In this document: positions 1 through 9,717 of the stretch, one piece after another
Layout of the letters: each line of letters starts with the position of its first letter
How positions within the stretch are numbered: the stretch's first letter is position 1
Source: an uncultured Clostridia bacterium
GTDB lineage: Bacteria; Bacillota; Clostridia; Christensenellales; UBA1242
Direction: 5' to 3'
DNA: 64,000 nt
NCBI GenBank assembly: GCA_949949035.1
Contig: CATLHJ010000003.1
Span: 14,065-78,064, forward strand
Translations under genes and position numbers: made by a program
Notes under the pieces: model-generated
What the model was told of the DNA's origin: nothing
Databases searched by the model: none
Seen by the model: only the letters and a program-made list of their open reading frames with translations

Positions 1-17
1 ACCGACCACCACCGCGG

Positions 18-614
18 TCATGCGGTTTTTCCTTGGCGCACAACAGCGGGCTGTGTGTCGGTCGGGTCAATCACTACCGGATACTTAAAAGTCCCGATTA
101 AAATGGCAAACCAGTCCCAAATCCACATAACCGCCGCCACCAGCCCCAATAAATCGGGCGGGAACAGGTAGGTTTTGTCTTCAAACAAGGCCCGCACGGG
201 GTGCGTAACCGCGCCGGTGCCTTCCCCACCGGGATAAAAAATACAAACGCTTAAAATAAAGAATAATACAAAGCACCCTAGAATAAACACCCCTCGTCGC
301 CAGCGTTTGGCCACGAAACAATGAATCCCGAGAAAGCCGAATACACCGCCAACCGCCATTTTCCAAAACGGAATACTGGCCGGACGCACGGTAGACATAA
401 TAATTTGCGGTTTGGGGCGTTTGACCTTGGGTTCACCCTTGCGCCGACGTTTAATTACCGAGTTCGCGTGGTAGATTTGGTCTTTGCTGATGCCGCAGGT
501 GGGACAAACCGCCGTGCCCTTGGGGATGCGCGTATGACAATAGGGGCAACGGATTGCCTTCATGTACAGGCGGTCCAATCGGTCATCAACCTGTTGTCGT
601 TCATTCGCGCTCAT
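18..614 (-). CDS. zinc-ribbon membrane protein
   Basis: 198-aa ORF. N-terminal CPYCHTRIPKGTAVCPTCG ribbon motif followed by hydrophobic helices. Its start overlaps the 3' end of the upstream protease gene by 14 nt. Confidence 0.6.
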   Translation of the reverse strand: MSANERQQVDDRLDRLYMKAIRCPYCHTRIPKGTAVCPTCGISKDQIYHANSVIKRRRKGEPKVKRPKPQIIMSTVRPASIPFWKMAVGGVFGFLGIHCFVAKRWRRGVFILGCFVLFFILSVCIFYPGGEGTGAVTHPVRALFEDKTYLFPPDLLGLVAAVMWIWDWFAILIGTFKYPVVIDPTDTQPAVVRQGKTA

Positions 615-2076
615 GACGTTTTCTCCTGTTACTAATCCGGCCGTTAATAAAGTTAATCAACACCGTCACCACAATAATACCACACAGTACCCAAAACACG
701 TTAGCCCAATTTTTGATTTCATCGCTGGCCGGCAACACGTAATCTTCGTAGGCAGGTAAACTGGGCGCCAATACGTCTTCCGTGGTTTTCGAGGTCTGCG
801 TGGCCATTTGGTCGTTGGCAAAAGCGCTGACGTTTACCCCGCCGTAGCCGAAGTTGGTGTCGGTTTTGCCGGCTTCGTCCGCCAAGTACAGGTCGGTCGC
901 GTTCAACAATAACGCTTTGTGTTGCGGATTCAAATAATTAAAGGGGGCGACGGTATCCACCTTGGCGTTCCACGTGACCCCCAGCGCGTCGGCCGTGGCT
1001 TTGGTCGGGTCACTGCAAATCAACGCGTAGCACAGGGTCACGAACGGCGTCGCCATACTGGTGCCTTGCAAACGCAGGTGAAAAAGTGGCGTACCGTCGT
1101 CATTAGTCCCGCGGTACGACAAATAATGCCCGTCGTACTGGTAAAGGCCATCCTTGTCGGGTTTCAAACCGGCCAAACTGGCGGGCGCCGCCGCTTGACA
1201 ACAGGCCGACCAAATCTGCCAACCGGGGGCGGATAAACTGATACAGTCATTATGGTACGAAAAATTCGCCAAGTGCTTGACTTGCGTGTACGGGTCAATA
1301 TAGTAGGCCGAAACCGCCAAACTGCCGGCGCAGGCCGCGGGGAAAGCGTAATAAGACTTGCTGGCGACTTCCCCCGCCTTGGTATTGACGTTTCCCGCCG
1401 CCACCACCGGTAACACGCCCGCGTCCCGCAACCGGTTGATGTACGGCGAATAAGACAACAAGTTATCGCGCCATTCGGTCTTGAAGTCGGCTTGGTCTTC
1501 GCTGATACCCTTGGTACCTAAACTTAAATTAGCCGCCACGATGTTCAGTTGTTTAGCCATTTGGCAAACGTAGTTAATGGCACTGCTGAACGCGTTAAAA
1601 GTAATGGTATTATCCGTGCCGACGAACACGCGCAGTGGCAAAATTTGCACGTTGGCCATGCTGCCCGCGGCGATAATGCCCGCCACGTGGGTACCATGTC
1701 CACTTTCATCGTCGTTCCACGCGTCACTCTCCCGTCCGTCTGTCAAATTGAAGTTGCGGGCGTTCGCGGTATCCACCCGACCGTCAAAAACCGGATGACA
1801 GGTATTATCCAAACCACTGTCAATCACCGCCACGGTCACTTTTTTTAAGGGGCTGGTCTTTTGCAGTTCGACCAAATACTCGTTATAGTCCACCACCCCG
1901 ATGTCGGTGTAGAAATTTTCACTATAAAAGTAGTCTGGTGCGGCGTAAGTCGTAGTACTGGTGGCCGCAGTCGCTAAAAATGGGCCGTCGGCCAGCGGCG
2001 ACAGGCAAAAAACTGCCGCCATTACCGCTACCCCCAACCACAGCCAGAACTTGTTTGCCAACTTGCGTAATTTCAT
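601..2076 (-). CDS. subtilisin-like serine peptidase (S8 family), signal peptide plus C-terminal TM anchor
   Basis: Catalytic triad motifs [15 protein letters not shown] and GTSMATP. Hydrophobic N-terminus and a C-terminal hydrophobic helix followed by a basic tail. Confidence 0.85.
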   Translation of the reverse strand: MKLRKLANKFWLWLGVAVMAAVFCLSPLADGPFLATAATSTTTYAAPDYFYSENFYTDIGVVDYNEYLVELQKTSPLKKVTVAVIDSGLDNTCHPVFDGRVDTANARNFNLTDGRESDAWNDDESGHGTHVAGIIAAGSMANVQILPLRVFVGTDNTITFNAFSSAINYVCQMAKQLNIVAANLSLGTKGISEDQADFKTEWRDNLLSYSPYINRLRDAGVLPVVAAGNVNTKAGEVASKSYYAFPAACAGSLAVSAYYIDPYTQVKHLANFSYHNDCISLSAPGWQIWSACCQAAAPASLAGLKPDKDGLYQYDGHYLSYRGTNDDGTPLFHLRLQGTSMATPFVTLCYALICSDPTKATADALGVTWNAKVDTVAPFNYLNPQHKALLLNATDLYLADEAGKTDTNFGYGGVNVSAFANDQMATQTSKTTEDVLAPSLPAYEDYVLPASDEIKNWANVFWVLCGIIVVTVLINFINGRISNRRKRHERE

Positions 2077-2090
2077 CTATGCTATATAGT

Positions 2091-3119
2091 ATGGCAGAAA
2101 TTGAAAAAAGTAAAGCATTGCAGGCCGCTTTGGCCAACATTGAAAAGTTGTACGGGAAGGGCGCCATCATGAAAATGGGCGACGGTCCCGTGGTGCGAAA
2201 CGTAAAAGTTATTTCCACGGGTTGTTTAACCTTGGACTACGCGTTAGGCATTGGCGGTATTCCCCGCGGGCGCATTACCGAAATCTACGGTCCCGAATCC
2301 AGTGGTAAAACCACCGTTTGTTTGCACGTGGTGGCGGAAGCCCAAAAAATGGGATTGACCTGCGCCTACATTGACGCGGAACAGGCGTTGGACCCCGTTT
2401 ACGCGGAAGCGTTGGGCGTCAACGTAAAAGATTTGATTATCAGCCAACCCGACAGCGGAGAACAGGGACTGGACATCGCGCACAAATTGGTCGAATCGGG
2501 CTGTGTGGACTTGGTCATCGTCGACAGTGTCGCGGCCTTAACCCCGCGCGCGGAAATTGACGGTGACATTGGCGACGCGCACATCGGTTTACAAGCGCGC
2601 TTGATGAGCCAAGCCCTGCGCAAATTAACCCCAATTATCAATAAGACCGAAACGGCGTTAATCTTTATTAACCAATTACGCGAAAAAGTCGGGTTGATGA
2701 TGCCGGGGCAAAACCCCGAAACCACGCCGGGCGGTAAAGCGTTAAAGTTCTACGCGTCCATCCGTCTGGACGTCCGCCGCATCGGCAGTGTGAAACAAGG
2801 TGACGAAGTGATCGCCAACAAGACCAAAGTTAAGGTGGTCAAGAACAAGTTGGCGTCCCCGTTCAAGATCGCGGAATTTGACATTACCTTCGGGAAAGGC
2901 ATCGCCAACGACGGTTGCATTTTGGACATCGCGATTGCCAATGACATTATCCAAAAGTCCGGCAGTTGGTTCTCCTACAAGGGCGAACGAGTGGGGCAAG
3001 GCAAAGAAGCCACCAAAGCGTGGTTAGACAGTGATCCACAAATTAAAGCCGAAGTTTTGGCAGCCGTGCAAGCCAGTATGACCGGCACCGCGCCCGTAAC
3101 GCCGACCGAAACCGCCTAA
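2091..3119 (+). CDS. recA: recombinase RecA
   Basis: [24 protein letters not shown] start, Walker [10 protein letters not shown], and the [11 protein letters not shown] and [16 protein letters not shown] motifs. ATG at 2091 chosen over the longer ORF-track start at 1980, which overlaps the protease gene. Confidence 0.97.
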   Translation: MAEIEKSKALQAALANIEKLYGKGAIMKMGDGPVVRNVKVISTGCLTLDYALGIGGIPRGRITEIYGPESSGKTTVCLHVVAEAQKMGLTCAYIDAEQALDPVYAEALGVNVKDLIISQPDSGEQGLDIAHKLVESGCVDLVIVDSVAALTPRAEIDGDIGDAHIGLQARLMSQALRKLTPIINKTETALIFINQLREKVGLMMPGQNPETTPGGKALKFYASIRLDVRRIGSVKQGDEVIANKTKVKVVKNKLASPFKIAEFDITFGKGIANDGCILDIAIANDIIQKSGSWFSYKGERVGQGKEATKAWLDSDPQIKAEVLAAVQASMTGTAPVTPTETA

Positions 3120-3128
3120 CGGAGTGTT

Positions 3129-4157
3129 ATGAAAAAGTCAACCACCGCTCCCAAAAACCCGCCCACGGCCGCCAACCCCGCCGTAACCCGCCGGCATCGT
3201 TTCTTTAACGGCACCATGGTGGCGGTTTCTTTGTTGTGTATAGCGGGCATCGTGACGGGCGCGGTGGTCGGCATTTGGTTCAAACGGACACTGTTAACCA
3301 ATTACGAAAAAACCGACTACTCTAACCTTCGGGAAGCCGACCTGCGCGACGACGCGGACGCAATTATTGCCGACGGCTATGACACCAAAACTCCAACCAA
3401 GAACAAGGACGCGTTAATCAAGGCTTTCATCGCTGCCGAATATAATGGAATACATGCCGACCGTTATTATACCTTCGCCAACAGTTTCGTCGACATGGGC
3501 ATTACCACCCAAACTTCCTACTCCGACAAAACCTTTGACGGCACCACCGTGGTAACCAATACCGCCAGTGCCGGCATGATCAGTTTCGCCGAACGGGTCA
3601 CTTACCGCGTCGGCGACGAAAATTTAACCTTAATCCGCGATAAAAACATCCGTAAGGCAAAAGGCGACACCCTGACTTGCCCGTTTAACTGCCGTTTTCA
3701 TCACCAACCCAACGCAATTATTACCAGTGACTACACCGCCGACCCAACCCCCCAAAGCCACGCGGACTACGTGGCGGTCACGGGTGCGTCACCGCACGGG
3801 ATGCTAACCCACATCGTCAGCAGTAAAACCGTAGTCAATAACCCCGCCGACACTTTTCGCACCGTAACTTTGGCGGACGGACAAACGGGTTACGCGTTTA
3901 CTTTACAACTTAACCCCAAGACATCGGTTCTCAACACCGCCACGCAAATGAAGTATTTAAGTGGCTTAAACGACTACCCCACCTTCCAAAGGGTGCAACT
4001 GGACGTCGTGTTAATCAAAGAAAATGGCAAAATTTACCTAAAAACTATCGACACGACCGAGAAGTATGTGGTACCCTATGGTATGCTTGCGCCGCAAGGT
4101 ACGGGCTACACGCATACCGAATTTACGTTTAATTACCCGTTGCCCGACCCAGAATAA
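3129..4157 (+). CDS. hypothetical membrane-anchored protein
   Basis: 342-aa ORF starting 10 nt after recA. One N-terminal TM helix (MVAVSLLCIAGIVTGAVVGIW). No recognisable motifs. Confidence 0.6.
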   Translation: MKKSTTAPKNPPTAANPAVTRRHRFFNGTMVAVSLLCIAGIVTGAVVGIWFKRTLLTNYEKTDYSNLREADLRDDADAIIADGYDTKTPTKNKDALIKAFIAAEYNGIHADRYYTFANSFVDMGITTQTSYSDKTFDGTTVVTNTASAGMISFAERVTYRVGDENLTLIRDKNIRKAKGDTLTCPFNCRFHHQPNAIITSDYTADPTPQSHADYVAVTGASPHGMLTHIVSSKTVVNNPADTFRTVTLADGQTGYAFTLQLNPKTSVLNTATQMKYLSGLNDYPTFQRVQLDVVLIKENGKIYLKTIDTTEKYVVPYGMLAPQGTGYTHTEFTFNYPLPDPE

Positions 4158-4166
4158 GGAGTACCC

Positions 4167-6575
4167 ATGAAAAAAACGCTGAAAATGATTGGTTTGTACC
4201 TGCTGGTCACCTTGGTAGTGGCGGCGGGGGTAATTTTTTTGGTACCCACTCCGGTCAATGCCCATAACGAAGATTGGCAAGACCCCCTGCCCCCCGAACC
4301 GGACAACCATTTACTGGACATCGTCGGCAACCTAATGAATCTACACGACTTTAACGTGGACGCCGACTTGGCGATCACTACCGGTGGACAAACCATTGCC
4401 GTGGACGCCACCGTCGATCTGCAAGCCACCGACGGGTTTACCGACGTTGCAGTGGCGGGTGACGTCGCGGTCACGATTAACGACTTTAACGCCGCGTTGC
4501 ACGTAACCTACTGGGACAATACCCTTTACGCGGACTACAACAACTTGCACTTATCGGCCGACCTAAACGCCTTACTGGACGGCTTGCCCACCATACTGGG
4601 TTGGTTCGGTGTTGATTTCACCCTGCCTGACACGTCTAACTTGGACGTTAACGCCATTTTGGCGTTGCTGGAAGCCTATACGGAAACCGACAACGGCAAC
4701 GGTTACGACATCGTACTGACGGTAGCGGGTTGCGACCTGCAATTAACCTGCGACCACAACTTTAATTTACAACGGGCAGTAATTCCGGGGCTAACCCTGG
4801 GTGACACCACGCTTAAGGGGGCAATTACCCTAACCGTTTACGCCACCCCCTTGGCCATTACGGTACCGGATGTGGCTTACGTGAACGTACCGCAACTGGT
4901 TAAAATGTTTACTGACTTAATGCCTACCTTTAATCAACCATTTACCATCGCCGGCAATGCGACCTTGTTCGCCACCGTCGACGGCGTACGCCAAGCCGAC
5001 AACTATTTGACCGCAGATTTAGGACGACTGGCGGTGATGACCCGTAACGGACTGCTGGACCAACTGGCAATCGACCTTGCCGTTAACGGTGCCGGCGAAT
5101 TATTTGCCAATCAATTAAGCGGTCGTGCACTAAACCTAGGTGCCTACTTCAACAGCGACAACACCGACGGCGGGGTTTACATTAACTTTGACGGCCTGAA
5201 ATTGTTCTGCGGGAAAGCCGACTTGGCCGACACCTACGCCGCGTTACAAAGTTTGTTGGCCTTGTTCGTCCCTGACGAAATTATGCAATACACCAACCTG
5301 TTCTACTTCAACGACCACAACGATATGGTGTTCGACACCACCGTGTTACAAAACTTAATGGGCAACTTGACCGCCGACGACATCGTGCCGATGCTTACCA
5401 AGTATTTACCGTACCTGCAAGATTTAACCTTGGACGCCGACAACCAATTGACCTTGACGGTGACCGACCCCCAAGGCGGTTTCGCCGTAACCGTAACCTT
5501 GTTCCCCGCCGCCGACGGCATTTACCATTTGACGGTTGAATGTAACTTGGCGGAACAACAACGCGCCCTTACCGCCAACTTCACCTTAACGACCTTGGAC
5601 AGTGTGGTGGGTGTGCCTGCCGACGCCGACGTCAACAACGACCATGCGCCCTACTACAACGTTTCCAGCATCGACAACTTGTTAAACGCGGTTAACAATA
5701 CTGTGCGTTACCAAGAATTTTACTTCACGGGTACGGTCGGTGTCAGCATCAATCTTTTAGGTAAAGATATTCCCGTGGACGTTCCCGTAGAAATTGCCAT
5801 CAATAACACTGACCCCGCACGCGGCTTGGTGGTGGCGGCACACTTCGCGTTACCGTACGATAACTTAACTTCCATCGCTATTGGTAATTTACGTTTGCTC
5901 GATTCCGCGCCCAGTGCCGCGGGTAAAACCCAAAAAGGTACTCGCGACTTGTACCTGTACTACCAACAAGGCAACATTTACCTGTACCGCACCGAACAAG
6001 TGAAAATTAGTGGCAAGTGGCTGTGGAGCGACCCAGTCTATTCTGGCAGTTACGAAAAAGCGGTCAAATTAACCATGGCGGAATTTACCGACGACGCCTT
6101 GAATTGGTTGTTAAAATGGGGCTTCGGTTTCAGCGACACCATTATGAACCCGATTACCGACGCCATCGCCAACGGTGCGACTAACACTGCCCCCTTGGAT
6201 TACGGTAACGTAGTCCACGGTTTCAGCAACACCGACGGCCGTTACGACATTGTGTTAAACTTAGGCGAAATTACCCGCAACCCCGACCTAAAAGATTTCA
6301 CCGTCAGCGTCACCACCGCCGACCGCGACGGCCAAACCGTGGTCACCAACGTGGGACTGGATATGCAGGTCGATGTCGGCGTTAAAATTGTTTTACAAAC
6401 CCGTGACAACGACGACGGCAGCAAAGGCTTGAAATTGTCTTTGGGCGACGGCGTTGCGGACATCACCACCGCCACCGAACGCATGACCATGATTAACGAC
6501 CGCTATGCCGCAATGCCCCTTGCCGACGGTCAAACTTATTACGAAACCATCAAAGGCAACTGGCAAGCCGCCTAA
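4167..6575 (+). CDS. hypothetical large exported or membrane-anchored protein
   Basis: 802-aa ORF with GGAG RBS. N-terminal TM or signal helix. D/N/T/L-rich with almost no cysteine. No recognisable catalytic motifs. Confidence 0.65.
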   Translation: MKKTLKMIGLYLLVTLVVAAGVIFLVPTPVNAHNEDWQDPLPPEPDNHLLDIVGNLMNLHDFNVDADLAITTGGQTIAVDATVDLQATDGFTDVAVAGDVAVTINDFNAALHVTYWDNTLYADYNNLHLSADLNALLDGLPTILGWFGVDFTLPDTSNLDVNAILALLEAYTETDNGNGYDIVLTVAGCDLQLTCDHNFNLQRAVIPGLTLGDTTLKGAITLTVYATPLAITVPDVAYVNVPQLVKMFTDLMPTFNQPFTIAGNATLFATVDGVRQADNYLTADLGRLAVMTRNGLLDQLAIDLAVNGAGELFANQLSGRALNLGAYFNSDNTDGGVYINFDGLKLFCGKADLADTYAALQSLLALFVPDEIMQYTNLFYFNDHNDMVFDTTVLQNLMGNLTADDIVPMLTKYLPYLQDLTLDADNQLTLTVTDPQGGFAVTVTLFPAADGIYHLTVECNLAEQQRALTANFTLTTLDSVVGVPADADVNNDHAPYYNVSSIDNLLNAVNNTVRYQEFYFTGTVGVSINLLGKDIPVDVPVEIAINNTDPARGLVVAAHFALPYDNLTSIAIGNLRLLDSAPSAAGKTQKGTRDLYLYYQQGNIYLYRTEQVKISGKWLWSDPVYSGSYEKAVKLTMAEFTDDALNWLLKWGFGFSDTIMNPITDAIANGATNTAPLDYGNVVHGFSNTDGRYDIVLNLGEITRNPDLKDFTVSVTTADRDGQTVVTNVGLDMQVDVGVKIVLQTRDNDDGSKGLKLSLGDGVADITTATERMTMINDRYAAMPLADGQTYYETIKGNWQAA

Positions 6576-7798
6576 TAGTTTTCTGGCAAATCGTTCAGTA
6601 ACAACAACACGTCCCCCGCACTAAGCAGCGACGGGTAAAAGGCTTTGGCGGCGTCGCGGGTGGCGGCGTAAAAGACGGGTTTGCCCCACCCCGTTAAACC
6701 TTGGGTGAAAGCGTCACGATTGAGCGTACCGACCACAATCACCGCGTCGGCGACGTTTTTAATTTGCGTGCACAACGTGGCGTGGGCGGTCGCCGTGTTA
6801 TCGCCCTGCTCCACGAAACCGGGGGTCTGCACCACTTTGCGGGTGGCGTAAGTGCCCAACACGGCTAACGCACTGGCCGCACTGACGGGATTCGCGTTAT
6901 AACTGTCGTCCAAAATGATAATGCCGTTTGGGGCAACTATTGGTTGCAGCCGGTGCGCGGTCGGTGCTAAATTGGCCACCGCGGTTTTCAGGTGGTCGTC
7001 GCTGATACCTAGTTTCCGCGCCACCGCCACCGCCAACGCGATGTTGGTTTGGTTATGCGCGCCCAATAACGGCGTGGCGAAGTGTTCCGCACCGCCCCGC
7101 ACTAAAGTTAAACGGGGGTGTTTTAATTGCCGACACCACGGATTATCACCGTCAGTAACCGCAATTCCGTCGTCAGGCAGTGCCGCGAACAGTTCGGCTT
7201 TGGTTTGCGCCACCGTAGCCACATCGCCTAAGGTCGCCAAGTGGCAGGCGCCAATACTGGTAATAATTCCGTGGCGCGGGTGGCACAAGTCACACATTTC
7301 ACGGATGTCACCCACGTGACGCGCGCCCATTTCCATAATTAAAATTTGGGTATCGGGGCGCAGGTGTTCGTTCACCGTGCGCGCCAAGCCTTGCGGAGTG
7401 TTAAAACTGGCGGGACTGCTGACCACACGGTATTGGGTACTTAACAAAGCCGCCAAAATATTTTTGACCGACGTTTTGCCGTAACTACCGGTCACACCAA
7501 TGACCATCAAGTCGGGACGGTGGCGCAAGGTGCGTACCGCGCGACGCACGTACCGCCGTCTGTTCGCCGCTTCCCACGGGGTCAGAAGCGTGTTGGCGCA
7601 AGCCACGGTGTGGGCTAACCCAAGGTACGGCAGTCCCAACCCCAAAATCACTAACGCCCACGTCATAACACGTAACCGACGCAAGCGCGCGGTTGGGTTG
7701 GCCGTACCCGTGGTGGTTTTTGCCACCAACGCCCAGTAGTCGCGGTTAACGTAACCGACTAATTGCATTTTGTACAGCAACTCGTTCATGCTAACCAC
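6572..7798 (-). CDS. murF: Mur ligase, MurF-like (UDP-MurNAc-tripeptide--D-Ala-D-Ala ligase) with atypical N-terminus
   Basis: P-loop GVTGSYGKTSVKN and DDSYNANP motif. The N-terminal roughly 90 aa contain a hydrophobic helix instead of the usual MurF N-domain. Confidence 0.7.
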   Translation of the reverse strand: MVSMNELLYKMQLVGYVNRDYWALVAKTTTGTANPTARLRRLRVMTWALVILGLGLPYLGLAHTVACANTLLTPWEAANRRRYVRRAVRTLRHRPDLMVIGVTGSYGKTSVKNILAALLSTQYRVVSSPASFNTPQGLARTVNEHLRPDTQILIMEMGARHVGDIREMCDLCHPRHGIITSIGACHLATLGDVATVAQTKAELFAALPDDGIAVTDGDNPWCRQLKHPRLTLVRGGAEHFATPLLGAHNQTNIALAVAVARKLGISDDHLKTAVANLAPTAHRLQPIVAPNGIIILDDSYNANPVSAASALAVLGTYATRKVVQTPGFVEQGDNTATAHATLCTQIKNVADAVIVVGTLNRDAFTQGLTGWGKPVFYAATRDAAKAFYPSLLSAGDVLLLLNDLPENY

Positions 7799-8433
7799 TC
7801 CCGCACGTCCTTAATAAAACGGGCTTGGTTAGTTAAGTAGGCAAAATGCCCGTGTTCGCGGTAGACTATGCCCACCGCCCCTGGTACTAACTTTTGCCAA
7901 CGGCGTAGCATGCTGACCGGCGTCGCGGTATCCCGTTGTCCCCAAATTAACAGCAATGGGGCTTTAATTTGGGCAATTTCCGCGGACAAGTCGCGGTGAA
8001 TAATGTTTTGAAAGGTCGCTTTCCCGTCATCGTCCAGATTGCGGTAATCGGCACTGCCCCCGTGTGACGGTAAGCCCAAAGCCCGTTTCAATTTATGCAG
8101 GCGGATTTTTGCCCACGTCCACAAGTTAAACCGTGGTGGTAACCCTGCCCCACCGGTTACCACAATTTTGCTAAACAGGTCGGGATGTGCGGCGTTGAGG
8201 ACGGCCATGACCCGCGCGCCGAACGAGTGGGCAATCACCGCACAACGGGTCACGTGCTGTTGCCGCAAATATTGCCACAGGTCGCGGGCGTAATCGTCCA
8301 GTGTGTACACCACCCCCGCGGGCGGACAAGGCAGAGCGGGCGTCAGTACGTTGTAATCACGGCGGAAATAATCGGCCACCCCCGCGAAACTGCGGGCGTC
8401 GCCGCCCCAACCATGCAAAAACAATAAGGTCAT
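7786..8433 (-). CDS. alpha/beta-fold hydrolase
   Basis: LFLHGWGGD oxyanion region, nucleophile elbow AHSFGA, and a C-terminal H in EHGHFAY. Confidence 0.7.
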   Translation of the reverse strand: MTLLFLHGWGGDARSFAGVADYFRRDYNVLTPALPCPPAGVVYTLDDYARDLWQYLRQQHVTRCAVIAHSFGARVMAVLNAAHPDLFSKIVVTGGAGLPPRFNLWTWAKIRLHKLKRALGLPSHGGSADYRNLDDDGKATFQNIIHRDLSAEIAQIKAPLLLIWGQRDTATPVSMLRRWQKLVPGAVGIVYREHGHFAYLTNQARFIKDVREWLA

Positions 8434-8473
8434 AACCTTATATATGCGGGTAGGTTAACCGTGTTTATGCGCC

Positions 8474-8851
8474 TTAACCGTTTTTGTTACAAATAAACTC
8501 GCCGTTATAAAACGGTGTCACAGTAAACGCGTTAACCGTGTCGCCGCTTTGGTATTTACGCATGGCCAAAGCCACGTCCAACCCGTTTTGCAGTTCAATA
8601 ATGGGGATTTGCCCAACGTAGGCGTACGCTTTCGCCACCGCCAAGCCCACCCGAATGCCCGTCCACGAGCCGGGACCGGTCACCACCGCCACTGCGTCAA
8701 AGTGGTCCACCCCCAATTCCTTAATTAGCGGATTGATATTTTTGTCGTGTTGGCGCTGTTCGTGGCAAGTCTTGGTCACGGTAATTTTGCCGTCCACGGC
8801 CAAGGCCACGGTCAAAGTCGGTTGGGTACTGTCAAGCAATAATAAATTCAC
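8474..8851 (-). CDS. tsaB: tRNA t6A biosynthesis protein TsaB, half-length (N-terminal domain only)
   Basis: GPGSWTGIRVGLAVAKA motif. Only 125 aa. Overlaps the tsaE stop by 20 nt. Confidence 0.65.
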   Translation of the reverse strand: MNLLLLDSTQPTLTVALAVDGKITVTKTCHEQRQHDKNINPLIKELGVDHFDAVAVVTGPGSWTGIRVGLAVAKAYAYVGQIPIIELQNGLDVALAMRKYQSGDTVNAFTVTPFYNGEFICNKNG

Positions 8852-9239
8852 GGTCGCCGTTCTCCTTTACTTTAATCGTTACGTTGATTGCGTCGGGGCA
8901 ACCAATGGTCCCTGGCCACTCGATCAACACAGTGTTACCGGGCACGGTTAAGTCCCACAGTCCCACGTTCGCGACAGCCCGCTCAAAATCTAAATTGATG
9001 GGGTAGTCGGCGAGCAAGCGGTACAAATCGGCGTGGTACAGGTGGTCGTTATATTGGTTAATAATGGTGAAGGTCGGGCTGCACGGAACCGCGGTCGGGT
9101 CCAACTCCTTAACTATGGCCGCGGCCAAGGTGGTTTTGCCCGCGCCCATGGGGCCGTTTAACAACACTACCCCGCCGTTACTTTGGCGCAGCCGGTGGGC
9201 TAACTGTTTCGCTACGGTGCGGGTCAGGTTTTGGTTCAC
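8832..9239 (-). CDS. tsaE: tRNA t6A biosynthesis ATPase TsaE
   Basis: LNGPMGAGKTTLAAAI P-loop, SPTFTIINQY and HADLYRL motifs. Confidence 0.85.
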   Translation of the reverse strand: MNQNLTRTVAKQLAHRLRQSNGGVVLLNGPMGAGKTTLAAAIVKELDPTAVPCSPTFTIINQYNDHLYHADLYRLLADYPINLDFERAVANVGLWDLTVPGNTVLIEWPGTIGCPDAINVTIKVKENGDREFIIA

Positions 9240-9699
9240 ACGCTATTGTAGCAGATTTCGGCGGTGGTGCAAAGCGACTGATGGCCGCCAAGGTAAAAAT
9301 AATCCCCGCCACCACAACGTAGTAGATGTTCAAATTAACGACCCAACTCATCAGCAATAAAATTATGCCCGCCCACACGTAGCCTTTGGTGCGTTCCCGA
9401 CTAAACGCCCGTTGCCACCAAACTTTAAGCACGTCCTTAATTTTACGGCGCGGACGGCGGGGCGCGGCCTTTAATTGTCGCCAATACTTACGACCGATGG
9501 TCAGTTCGTAAACGGCATTGATACCCACACTAACCAGCAACGCCCACCACCAACGCCGGGTTACCAAATACCCCACGACGTAGAGAAAAAAGCCCCGCAC
9601 CACAATGTCCATTACGTACGCTACCCGATTCATTAAATTTATTATTGACAAGGACACTGCCAGACCGCATACTAACATGAAAAAAAATTTTTTACACAA
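9178..9699 (-). CDS. hypothetical membrane protein
   Basis: 173-aa ORF with several TM helices and a Pro-rich tail. The start is uncertain (TTG at 9699 or ATG at 9678). Its 3' end overlaps the tsaE start by 62 nt. Confidence 0.5.
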   Translation of the reverse strand: MCKKFFFMLVCGLAVSLSIINLMNRVAYVMDIVVRGFFLYVVGYLVTRRWWWALLVSVGINAVYELTIGRKYWRQLKAAPRRPRRKIKDVLKVWWQRAFSRERTKGYVWAGIILLLMSWVVNLNIYYVVVAGIIFTLAAISRFAPPPKSATIACEPKPDPHRSETVSPPAAPK

Positions 9700-9717
9700 A
9701 AGGTAGGGTTTTATGCG

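Noticed and set aside
1980-2090. N-terminal extension of recA in the ORF track (start at 1980).
   Set aside because: The extension overlaps the 5' end of the convergent... rather, the divergent S8 protease gene and has no RecA homology. The canonical [10 protein letters not shown] start is the ATG at 2091. Similar over-extensions were trimmed for mutM (28536 to 28458), parA (34161 to 34203), dnaX (34907 to 34967), truA (20749 to 20671) and the TagD fusion (51443 to 51485).
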